NCBI RefSeq assembly: GCF_009914755.1
Contig: NC_060926.1
DNA length: 64,000 bases
Source of the DNA: the human T2T-CHM13v2.0 reference genome, Homo sapiens
Strand: one strand, 5' to 3'
This document shows positions 44,177-55,431 of the stretch, piece after piece (positions within the stretch are counted from its first letter, which is position 1; each line of letters starts with the position of its first letter). A program made the position numbers and the translations under genes. The notes beneath the pieces are model-generated. The model made no database searches, was not told the origin of the DNA, and saw only the letters and a list, made by a program, of their open reading frames with translations.

Positions 44177-47100
44177 GCTGGAGGTGCTGGATCGCTGTAG
44201 AGGAAAGTGGTGCAGTGATGGAGGGCGTCTCCCTGTCCTGCCTGCTGCTGGAGGTGCTGGATCGCTGTAGAGGAAAGTGGTGCAGTGATGGAGGGCGTCT
44301 CCCTGTCCTGCCTGCTGCTGGAGGTGCTGGATCGCTGTAGAGGAAAGCGGCGCAGTGATGGAGGGCGTCTCCCTGTCCTGCCTGCTGCTGGAGGGGCTGG
44401 ATCGCTGTAGAGGAAAGTGGTGCAGTGATGGAGGGCGTCTCCCTGTCCTGCCTGCTGCTGGAGGGGCTGGATCGCTGTAGAGGAAAGTGGTGCAGTGATG
44501 GAGGGCGTCTCCCTGTCCTGCCTGCTGCTGGAGGTGCTGGATCACTGTAGAGGAAGGCAGTGCAGTGATGGAGTGCGTCCCCCTGTCCTGCCTGCTGCTG
44601 GAGGTGCTGGATCGCTGTAGAGGAAAGCAGCGCAGTGATGGAGGGCGTCTCCCTGTCCTGCCTGCTGCTGGAGGTGCTGGATCGCTGTAGAGGAAAGTGG
44701 TGCAGTGATGGAGGGCGTCTCCCTGTCCTGCCTGCTGGTGGAAGTGCTGGATCGCTGTAGAGGAAAGTGGTGCAGTGATGGAGGGCGTCTCCCTGTCCTG
44801 CCTGCTGCTGGAGGGGCTGGATCGCTGTAGAGGAAAGTGGTGCAGTGATGGAGGGCGTCTCCCTGTCCTGCCTGCTGCTGGAGGTGCTGGATCGCTGTAG
44901 AGGAAGGCAGTGCAGTGATGGAGTGCGTCTCCCTGTCCTGCCTGCTGCTGGAGGTGCTGGATCGCTGTAGAGGAAAGTGGTGCAGTGATGGAGTGCGTCC
45001 CCCTGTCCTGCCTGCTGCTGGAGGTGCTGGATCGCTGTAGAGGAAAGCGGCGCAGTGATGGAGGGCGTCTCCCTGTCCTGCCTGCTGCTGGAGGTGCTGG
45101 ATCGCTGTAGAGGAAAGTGGTGCAGTGATGGAGGGCGTCTCCCTGTCCTGCCTGCTGGTGGAAGTGCTGGATCGCTGTAGAGGAAAGTGGTGCAGTGATG
45201 GAGGGCGTCTCCCTGTCCTGCCTGCTGCTGGAGGGGCTGGATCGCTGTAGAGGAAAGTGGTGCAGTGATGGAGGGCGTCTCCCTGTCCTGCCTGCTGCTG
45301 GAGGTGCTGGATCGCTGTAGAGGAAGGCAGTGCAGTGATGGAGTGCGTCTCCCTGTCCTGCCTGCTGCTGGAGGTGCTGGATCGCTGTAGAGGAAAGTGG
45401 TGCAGTGATGGAGTGCGTCCCCCTGTCCTGCCTGCTGCTGGAGGTGCTGGATCGCTGTAGAGGAAAGCGGCGCAGTGATGGAGGGCGTCTCCCTGTCCTG
45501 CCTGCTGCTGGAGGTGCTGGATCGCTGTAGAGGAAAGTGGTGCAGTGATGGAGGGCGTCTCCCTGTCCTGCCTGCTGGTGGAAGTGCTGGATCGCTGTAG
45601 AGGAAAGTGGTGCAGTGATGGAGGGCGTCTCCCTGTCCTGCCTGCTGCTGGAGGGGCTGGATCGCTGTAGAGGAAAGTGGTGCAGTGATGGAGGGCGTCT
45701 CCCTGTCCTGCCTGCTGCTGGAGGTGCTGGATCGCTGTAGAGGAAGGCAGTGCAGTGATGGAGTGCGTCTCCCTGTCCTGCCTGCTGCTGGAGGTGCTGG
45801 ATCGCTGTAGAGGAAAGTGGTGCAGTGATGGAGTGCGTCCCCCTGTCCTGCCTGCTGCTGGAGGTGCTGGATCGCTGTAGAGGAAAGCGGCGCAGTGATG
45901 GAGGGCGTCTCCCTGTCCTGCCTGCTGCTGGAGGTGCTGGATCGCTGTAGAGGAAAGTGGTGCAGTGATGGAGGGCGTCTCCCTGTCCTGCCTGCTGGTG
46001 GAAGTGCTGGATCGCTGTAGAGGAAAGTGGTGCAGTGATGGAGGGCATCTCCCTGTCCTGCCTGCTGCTGGAGGTGCTGGATCGCTGTAGAGGAAAGCGG
46101 CGCAGTGATGGAGGGCGTCTCCCTGTCCTGCCTGCTGCTGGAGGTGCTGGATCGCTGTAGAGGAAAGTGGTGCAGTGATGGAGGGCGTCTCCCTGTCCTG
46201 CCTGCTGCTGGAAGTGCTGGATCGCTGTAGAGGAAAGTGGTGCAGTGATGGAGGGCGTCTCCCTGTCCTGCCTGCTGCTGGAGGTGCTGGATCGCTGTAG
46301 AGGAAAGTGGTGCAGTGATGGAGGGCGTCTCCCTGTCCTGCCTGCTGCTGGAGGTGCTGGATCGCTGTAGAGGAAGGCAGTGCAGTGATGGAGTGCGTCT
46401 CCCTGTCCTGCCTGCTGCTGGAGGTGCTGGATCGCTGTAGAGGAAAGTGGTGCAGTGATGGAGGGTGTCTCCCTGTCCTGCCTGCTGCTGGAGGTGCTGG
46501 ATCGCTGTAGAGGAAAGCGGCGCAGTGATGGAGGGCGTCTCCCTGTCCTGCCTGCTGCTGGAGGTGCTGGATCGCTGTAGAGGAAAGCGGCGCAGTGATG
46601 GAGGGCGTCTCCCTGTCCTGCCTGCTGGTGGAAGTGCTGGATCGCTGTAGAGGAAAGTGGTGCAGTGATGGAGGGCATCTCCCTGTCCTGCCTGCTGCTG
46701 GAGGTGCTGGATCGCTGTAGAGGAAAGCGGCGCAGTGATGGAGGGCGTCTCCCTGTCCTGCCTGCTGCTGGAGGTGCTGGATCGCTGTAGAGGAAAGTGG
46801 TGCAGTGATGGAGGGCGTCTCCCTGTCCTGCCTGCTGCTGGAAGTGCTGGATCGCTGTAGAGGAAAGTGGTGCAGTGATGGAGGGCATCTCCCTGTCCTG
46901 CCTGCTGCTGGAGGTGCTGGATCGCTGTAGAGGAAAGCGGCGCAGTGATGGAGGGCGTCTCCCTGTCCTGCCTGCTGCTGGAGGTGCTGGATCGCTGTAG
47001 AGGAAAGTGGTGCAGTGATGGAGGGTGTCTCCCTGTCCTGCCTGCTGCTGGAGGTGCTGGATCGCTGTAGAGGAAACTGGTGCAGTGATGGAGGGCGTCT

Positions 47101-48020
47101 CCCTGTCCTGCCTGCTGCTGGAGGTGCTGGATCGCTGTAGAGGAAGGCGGTGCAGTGATGGAGTGCGTCTCCCTGTCCTGCCTGCTGCTGGAGGTGCTGG
47201 ATCGCTGTAGAGGAAGGCGGTGCAGTGATGGAGTGCGTCTCCCTGTCCTGCCTGCTGCTGGAGGTGCTGGATCGCTGTAGAGGAAACTGGTGCAGTGATG
47301 GAGGGTGTCTCCCTGTCCTGCCTGCTGCTGGAGGTGCTGGATCGCTGTAGAGGAAAGTGGTGCAGTGATGGAGGGCGTCTCCCTGTCCTGCCTGCTGGTG
47401 GAGGTGCTGGATCGCTGTAGAGGAAAGTGGTGCAGTGATGGAGGGCGTCTCCCTGTCCTGCCTGCTGCTGGAAGTGCTGGATCGCTGTAGAGGAAAGCGG
47501 TGCAGTGATGGAGGGCATCTCCCTGTCCTGCCTGCTGCTGGAGGTGCTGGATCGCTGTAGAGGAAAGCGGCGCAGTGATGGAGGGCGTCTCCCTGTCCTG
47601 CCTGCTGCTGGAGGTGCTGGATCGCTGTAGAGGAAAGTGGTGCAGTGATGGAGGGCGTCTCCCTGTCCTGCCTGCTGCTGGAGGTGCTGGATCGCTGTAG
47701 AGGAAAGTGGTGCAGTGATGGAGGGTGTCTCCCTGTCCTGCCTGCTGCTGGAGGTGCTGGATCGCTGTAGAGGAAACTGGTGCAGTGATGGAGGGCGTCT
47801 CCCTGTCCTGCCTGCTGCTGGAGGTGCTGGATCGCTGTAGAGGAAAGTGGTGCAGTGATGGAGTGCGTCTCCCTGTCCTGCCTGCTGCTGGAGGTGCTGG
47901 ATCGCTGTAGAGGAAGGCGGCGCAGTGATGGAGGGCGTCTCCCTGTCCTGCCGTGGAGGTGCTGAATCGCTGTAGAGGAAAGCAGCGCAGTGATGGAGGG
48001 CGTCTCCCTGTCCTGCCTGC
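44177..48020. repeat. 70-bp VNTR, ~55 copies, with a 420-bp higher-order repeat
   Basis: Unit GAGGTGCTGGATCGCTGTAGAGGAAAGTGGTGCAGTGATGGAGGGCGTCTCCCTGTCCTGCCTGCTGCTG. Variant bases recur at a 420-bp period. Confidence 0.99.
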
Positions 48021-48380
48021 AGCCCGGGCACTGATCTTGTGTCTCTGCCAACTGCGTCGGATTCCTCAGTGCATCCTGGGATCCCTGTGCTCCTAGCCCC
48101 ACAACCACAGCTGTGGCCAGAGTCATTTTACCATGAACCCCTCACCTCAATTTCCTGGCACCCTCCCCATTACAACTAAACATGAACCAAAGTCACTGAG
48201 TTTTCCTGATGCTGAAAGGGGAGAACTATCAGTGACATCATTCGTATTGGGCCAAATTAATCCCCAAAGAGGGAGGAGCCAGGCGTGTCTGGTGGAAAGA
48301 GTGGATGGAGAAGGTTTTAAAGGCACGAGACCTTCAGGGTGTACATGACCTCAGCACACTAACCTGGCTCTGAAGACCTC

Positions 48381-48852
48381 GTTTTAGTCAGTGTGGGCTG
48401 CCATAGCCCAGTTCCACAGATGGGTGACCTTAGTTCCACAGATGGGTGGCCTTACGCAGCACACAGATGGGTGGCCTTACGCAGCACACAGATGGGTGGC
48501 CTTATGCAGCAGACATGCGTCCCTCGAGCTCTGGAGGCCGTAGCCCAGTTCCACAGATGGGTGGCCTTATGCAGCAGGCATGCGTCCCTCGAGCTCTGAA
48601 GGCTGCAAGTGCAGGGTCAGGTGGTCAGTCTGGTGAGGGCCTGTCCTGCATTGCAGATGGCACCTTCTCTCTGTGTCTCCCTGTGGAGGAAGGGGTGAGG
48701 GTCTCCCTGCGGCCTCTTCTGTAAGGGCACAGACCCCGTCAGGCTGCACCCTCAGGACCTCATCACCTCTCAAAGGCCCCACCTTCCAACACGACTGCCT
48801 CGGGGGCTAGGATTTCAACACTGAACGTTTGGGGAGCCACGTTCAATCCACT
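48381..48852 (-). mobile_element. MLT1A-like LTR carrying internal tandem duplications (48405-48600)
   Basis: GGGCTGCCATAG..., GCAGATGGCACCTTCTCTCTGTGTC, AAAGGCCCCACC...GGATTTCAACA; repeated CACAGATGGGTGGCCTTA. Confidence 0.75.
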
Positions 48853-49644
48853 GGGAATTTGACCCCAGACTTGGGGATGGGAGTTGCTAGGGACACTCCA
48901 CTTTTAGGAATTAGGCCAAACTTTTCCATTACTATGGAAGTCACACTCTTCAAAAACTGGATTTAATTTCATTTTTTCTTCTATCTGTGCCTCTGCCTGG
49001 AGCACAGTCCTGGGGATGCCACCTGACCCTTGACCTTTGACCTGGCTTCCCAGCCTCCTCATCCCCCTCTCGCCTCCTCTGCTGCATGGCCACCCCTCCT
49101 GTTACCTGCTCTGTGCTTACCTCAGAGACCAAATCTCCCCATGCTCTGCCTCCCAGGCCCCTCACCTGGAGTGTCCCAAGGCCTCTCTGATGCCGCGTGC
49201 CCAGCGTGGGAGGAGGAGGTACAGACAGAACCCTCGGCGGCATCTGCAGAATGCATTCCACGTTCCCCTCACCTCATTCTCAGTCTTATCTGGAAACGCA
49301 AAACTATCCTCCTGGCTGAATGGTTTCCTGGTGTAGAGATTTTTATGTTTACCTGGACTGGGTCCAGTCTGCAGGCCTTGCCTGGGTGTTCTGAATCGGG
49401 GCTCGCCTCACTCTATGGCTCATTTCAGACGCAGCGTTTCCATCCCAGGAGAAAGAATGGAAGCCGTGATAACTCAGGTCACAAGAGTGGTTACGTTCCT
49501 GGAGTTCACGGAACCCCTCCAGCAGGTGCAGTTGTGTTTAACACCTAAACAAATATATAGGAAAAATGCAGTGTTAGGCAGGAAAACATTGAGCTGTGTA
49601 AGCAGTGGCCATTCACGTGGCTTTAATGTACAGAAGAGGCTCTT

Positions 49645-49900
49645 TGTTAGTTAAGAACTGAGGTTGTGAATCGGAGACTGAGTTCTTTATAAAGCTCACT
49701 TGTGTATGTGTGTCCCTGCCTTAACCACTTCTGGCCTTATGAGTCACCTTGGGAAAATTGGTGAATCTACATCCTCCTTGATTTCTTCATCTTTAACATT
49801 ATAACAACAGGACTTTCTTCATAGGATGATTGTGAGGGCTAAAACCACTGCAGCATATAAAGTAATTTACACGGTGTTTATTACAAGGTGTGCAAGAATA
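49645..49900 (+). mobile_element. MIR SINE, degenerate
   Basis: GTCACCTTGGGAAAATT...TTTCTTCATCTTTAA...CATAGGATGATTGTGAGGGCTAAA. Confidence 0.6.
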
Positions 49901-52900
49901 TGTGCCAGCTGGTTCTTTTTATCCTCGTTTTAAATGCAGTTGTTAGTAATCTATGTGTTATCCGTCCTCATTTCTCCCAAAAGTATTAAATATTTAAAGA
50001 CGTATGCAGGAGTATGAAAAGAATCAGGATGCTTTTGTGAAAGGAGCCTAAGAATTCTTTGCACATCGTTGACCGGTCGTAAAGTAAGCCGCAGAAAAGC
50101 AGTGCCAGGAGGTGGAATTGCGCATCCTTGTGTCCGGTCCTCTCTTGAGAGTCGGCTTTTACTGCTTTTGTGGTTCTGTAAAGTCCGTAGCTTACGGTTG
50201 GCAGGAAACATTGACGGGCGGCTCTTTGAGCCAGCGCTTCTGTCATTCCTGTGCACACTCAGTCCTGTGACCTCCCAGTGTGGGACAAAGCTCCACTCAC
50301 GTCTGCATTTTGGGGTGGAATTTAAGCACCGTCTGGACTAAGAAATCATTGCAGAGACGTTCGTTCCCAGGGATCTGAATGAAGTAGAAAAGTGCAGATG
50401 CTCAGGGATGATTCGTCCTGCTCTTGAGTGACACCAGGTCTTTCTCATCTTTGACTCAGGAGGTGCAGCCCACGGTGTGTGCAGCTTAGCACACCTGGGC
50501 AGGGCACAATCTGAGGGCACACGGAGGCCCATTAACACCAGCCGTGTATTCAGTGATCAGATTTTATGTGGGAAACATTTCTTGACCACCATTTAATACC
50601 ATTCACTACACTGGAAAAAAGAAAAAAAAAAACCTTGCTGTGGATTATGTGATTAAATGATAACTTTCAAAAACATATTAAAACTTTCAAAAATGCATTA
50701 AAGTTGGAATGTAAGGCATTCTATTGACCAATACCAAATTCTACTGGTTTATAACCATTGATTTTGATTCCATGGGCTTTGAGATAGCCTGTTAGGTTAT
50801 TGTCAATTTAGAGGAAACCTACATGGTTATGTCATTAGAAAGGTGGATTTGGATTTTAAAATGAAGGTTGATCCCTGGAAGAGGACCTGGAGGACTGTTG
50901 AACACAATGTGTGTTTCTCAAAAACGGGATGATTGCTCAGAATGTTCTCCATGTACATGGCGCCCATTCTGCCAGTCACCCAGCTTCATAGAGGTTAAAT
51001 CGGAAGCATAGGCAGCAGTGGGTGGGGCCGTGCCACGCTCCATCCCCAGCACCAACTGGGAATACAGGCGGCATTTCCGTTGGAATCACCCCATCAGTAT
51101 GGAAAGACACAGGAACCCAAAGCTCTGCTAAATGGAGGTGCAAGGCCTCGAGGCCATGACAGTGACCTCCTGGACACGGAAGCCTGTGATACACCAAGGC
51201 TCACACCGAGAGAAACGTGGGACCCAGCTTGTGAAGGACACTCTTCGACTGAACTGAGAGAAAAGGTGGAGACCAAGCCAGGCTTCTTATCTTAATTTTC
51301 TTCAGCTATAGGTAAAACCGCAAGTCTCTTATGCAAAATAGTTATAGAAAACTAAATTTTGAGAGATTAGGACTTAGTCCCAGTAAATTTAGCCTGTAAG
51401 AATCTTTTAGACTGTTTTATTTTTATAGACAATAAATCTATCTCTGTTTCAAATTGATTGTATTTTGAATTTTTAACAGTAACTTCACTCATTATGTAAA
51501 GTGAACTCTTAAAATGTGTTTGTTTTTTCAAACATGAGGACTTTGAGCCCATAATCAAGCCCATTAGACACACTTCACAGCACCTGTAACAGGCAGCTGC
51601 CTTGCTTCCCTGGACAGAAAGCAGGTGCCCTGCGTGCTGTCTGCCCTAAGGGAGAGGTGCGATGTATAAGTGTCCTTGTACATTCAGCACCACCCCAACT
51701 GTGTATTTTAAATCAGTGTTTACATTTTTATAGAGTTATTTTATCATCACTGAAAGAGGTTCTGCGGTGTTTTCTCCTAAGTTAATTCTGCATTTGCCCT
51801 TAACAACAAAACCAAACCAAACATACAAAATCTCTTCCAGTGATGATGAAATAGCTCTTGAACAGAAGCAAACAAAACATGCATTTATTTCCAAGCAGGA
51901 ATTGAGCACCTACTGTGTGCACTTTCCAGGGTAGGAAGGATTCCTATAGGACTAACAGCCTGTCCAGCTGATGGCTGCTATGCCGAGGCCACGGATGGGT
52001 GGAGGACAGTCGGCCCCTCGCTGGTGTCCAGCGTCTGCTGCTGCAGGTGGGTGTTCGCTCCGGAAGTGGAGGAGCCGCCCATGTGACTCTAATCAACAGC
52101 ATTGTTGGTGTGGGAGGGAGAGTCACGGCAGACAGCCTTTGAGCTCGTCCGCTCCGCCGCGAATCCGTTTCCCCACGGTATCCACCCTGGAGTCCTGCAG
52201 CTTCCACACAAGCTCCTCAGGCCTGTTGGAGTGTGGGCCTGTGCAGCCGCAGCTGGGGAAGCTGAGCTTGGGTCTCCACCAAAGTTAGGGCTTGAAGGTA
52301 GCACTGGCCTGTTGCGGTCAGCCTTGGTGTCTGTCCTCTGGTGGAATTAATCATTTCCTCTGAGACATGATTATGTTTTACAGTCAACTTGTATAAAATA
52401 TAAACAAGTTCCCTGGTGATTCTTCTGCTCATACTGGTGCCGCTATTAAAGTTCTGCTGGGTGTAAGCGAGGGCACTTTGCTGCATTCTGTGGCTCCAAA
52501 CACCGCTCTGCTGGGCAGGTCGGACTCCATTCTAAAAATGAGGAAGAGAGCCTGAGAGGCTGGCAGCCTCCCGCCTCGTGCAGGGGATGAAGCCTCCCGC
52601 CTCGTGCTGGGGATGAGACAGCACCTGCAGTGTCCAGGCCTTTCTGGGACTCAAGGCTGGGGTCTGAGTGTCTGAGTGCTGCACTGTGTGGGCTGAGTGC
52701 TGTACCGTGTCTCAGATCTCAGCTAGTGCTTCTGTCATTCCCGTGCACACTCAGCCCTGTGACCTCCCAGCGTGGGATGAAGCTCCACTCACGTCTGCAC
52801 TTTCGAGCTGGCGGGGGGCCCTCGTGGTCATGGACTGTGAATTACCCATGTTCACATGTGTGCTTAAAATGTGGCTTTGACATTTACAAAATATGGTTCT

Positions 52901-53353
52901 CTTAGGATCAGAGAACATGGACTGCAAGGCCGGCTCTGGCCCTGATCCATCTGGTTTCTGGCTGTGGTTCCCTGCTGGGGGGAGGAGCGCCTCTCTCTCA
53001 CCCAGGCCCCGTTCAGCACAGCTGTCCAGCCCCTGGGAGACCCTCAACTTCCACTGCCATGGTCCATGCCTGCACACCCAGGCTCTTGCCCACCTTGGAG
53101 GGCCTGCTCTGGGCTTCCTTTTATCAACAGATCTCAACATTTTCTCACGTTACTTAGAAATTACTGCTGTGTCCCGGGCCCTGAGCCACTTGGTTTTAGG
53201 AAGCTGTGGACTAAAGGGACAGGAGCCGACTTTGGTGTTGGGTAAAAGCGCGGCCACGGCTTCTGTTGCTCCGTTCGTTGTCAGGTGTGCAGCCTCCACC
53301 CATGTTCCATTTGATAGTCCAGATAATTTTCACTCTGGATTCATGCAGGCTAC

Positions 53354-54775
53354 TGTGTCCAGAATTGGTGGGTTCTTGGTCTCACTGACTTCAAGAACGA
53401 AGCCGCGGACCCTCGCGGTGAGTGTTACAGCTCTTAGGGCAGCGCGTCTGGAGTTTGTTCCTTCTGATGTTTGGATGTGTTCAGAGTTTCTTCCTTCTGG
53501 TGGGTTCGTGGTCTCGCTGGCTCAGGAGTGAAGCTGCAGACCTTCGCGGTGAGTGTTACAGCTCTTAAGGCGGTGCGTCTGGAGTTGTTTGTTCCTCCTG
53601 GTGGGCTCGTGGTCTCTCTGGCTTCAGGAGTGAAGCTGCAGACCTCTGTGATGAGTGTTACAGCTCATAAAAGCAGCGTGGACCCAAAGAGTGAGCAGTA
53701 GCAGGATTTATTGCAAAGAGCAAAAGAACAAAGCTTCCACAGTGTGGAAGGGGACCGGAGCGGGTTGCCACTGCTGGCTTGGGCAGCCTGCTTTTATTCT
53801 CTTATCTGGTCCCACCCACATCCTGCTGATTGGTAGAGCCTAGTGGTCTGTTTTGACAGGGTGCTGATTGGTGCGTTTACAATCCCTGAGCTAGATACAA
53901 AGGTTCTCCACGTTCCCATCAGGTTAGATACAGAGTATTGACACAAAAGTTCTCCAAGGCCCCACTAGAGTAGCTAGATACAGAGTGTCCATTGGTGCAT
54001 TCACAAACCCTGAGCTAGATACAGGGTGCTGATTGGCGTGTTTACAAACCTTGAGCTAGATACAGAGTGCCGATTGGTGTATTTACAATCCCTGAGCTAG
54101 ACATAAAGGTTCTCCAAGTCCCCACCAGACTCAGGAGCCCAGCTGGCTTCACCCAGTGGATCCGGCACCGGGGCTGCAGGTGGAGCTGCCTGCCAGTCCC
54201 GCGCCGTGCGCTCGCATTCCTCAGCCCTTGGGTGGTCGATGGAACTGGGCGCTGTGGAGCAGGGGGCGGTGTTCATTGGGGAGGCTCGGGCCGCACAGGA
54301 GCCAATGGAGGGGGTGGGAGGCTCAGGCGTGGCGGGCTGCAGGTCCTAAGTCCTGCCCCGCCGGAAGGCAGCCAAGGCCCAGTGAGAAATTGAGCGCAGC
54401 GCCGGTGGGCTGGCACTGCTGGGGGACCCAGTACACCCTCCGCAGCCGCTGGCCCGGGTGCTAAGTCCCTTATTGCCCGGGGCCGGCAGGGCCGGCTGCT
54501 CCGAGTGCGGAGCCCGCCAAGCCTACGCCCACCCGGAACTCCAGCTGGCCCGCAAGCGCCGCACGCAGCCCCCGTTCCCGCTCGTGCCTCTCCCTCCACA
54601 CCTCCCTGCAAGCTGAGGGAGTGGACTCCAGCCTTGGCCAGCCCAGAGAGGGGCTCCCACAGTGCAGCGGTGGGCTGAAGGGCTCCTCAAGTGCCGCCAA
54701 GGTGGGAGCCCAGGCAGAGGAGGCGCCGAGAGCGAGCGAGGGCTGTGAGTACTGCCAGCACGCTGTCACCTCTCA
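53354..54775 (-). mobile_element. LTR12C (ERV9) solo LTR, full length and CpG-rich
   Basis: Ends TGTGTCCAGAATTGG and GCTGTCACCTCTCA (reverse complement of TGAGAGGTGACAGC). Perfect 4-bp TSD CTAC. Repeated ATTGG/AGATA enhancer units. Confidence 0.96.
53765..54110 (-). promoter_or_regulatory. LTR12C U3 enhancer/promoter: CCAAT (NF-Y) and GATA repeats, AATAAA TATA-like box at ~53793-53798
   Basis: About five ATTGG motifs and several AGATA motifs, in the known ERV9 LTR layout. Activity at this locus is not shown. Confidence 0.6.
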
Positions 54776-55431
54776 CTACCAGGATACAGCATTGTTTTAA
54801 TGATGATGTTTTATTCTTTGAAATGGAAAAAGGAAACAAAGATCAGTGAGCAAACTTAGGCATGCTGTTGTGTTATGATGACCTGCCTGGTATATCAGAC
54901 ACAATTTTATAAACAGATGGCGCGGGCAGCCAGGATCAGAGGGACGGGCACTGGAAACTTGGATGTCTGGGGGCCGGGACTCAGGAGCAGTTTACAGAGA
55001 AGAAAAGGCCGATGCTGAAGCCGAGAAGATTTCGGGACAGTTCTGTGAGTGATGCCTTCACCTGGATGAAAAGCGAAGTCCCATTGTGATCACAGATCAC
55101 CCTCTGTCCTGCCTGCTGCTGGGGGTGCCCACCTGGGTGGTCGAGGCCAATTGGTTGGTCTCGTTTGATCTCAGATAACCAAGAAGAAGCACTGAGCCCC
55201 TGGATGCTGGTTGTGCATCCCTGGAGTAAACGCAGATAACCATTCCACCTTGTGGGCAGCGCAGTGCCCAGATCCATGGGTCCCACCTTACGGATAGCAC
55301 AGTGCCCTGGTCGACAGCGTGGGGCGCCAGACATTCCCAAGCCTAGGCCCGGGCCCCACACTCAGCAGCTCTTCAGCCCGGCCAGTGGCACAAGCCCCCG
55401 CTACCTACTGTCCTGTACCCTGTGCAGTTGA

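Noticed and set aside
44212-44224. PRDM9-like 13-mer (CCTCCATCACTGC, minus strand) in each VNTR unit
   Set aside because: Mismatch at a fixed position of a very degenerate motif; not supportable without ChIP data.
44177-48020. CRISPR-like array
   Set aside because: Head-to-tail units with no unique spacers, no cas genes, and a primate context. The same applies to the other VNTRs.
44084-48126. 1315-aa and 1194-aa ORFs as real CDS
   Set aside because: Pure VNTR translation with non-ATG starts and no unique domain. Kept only as a hypothesis in the findings.
52893-54769. ORFs of 100-212 aa overlapping LTR12C
   Set aside because: Chance ORFs in a GC-rich LTR with no recognisable protein.
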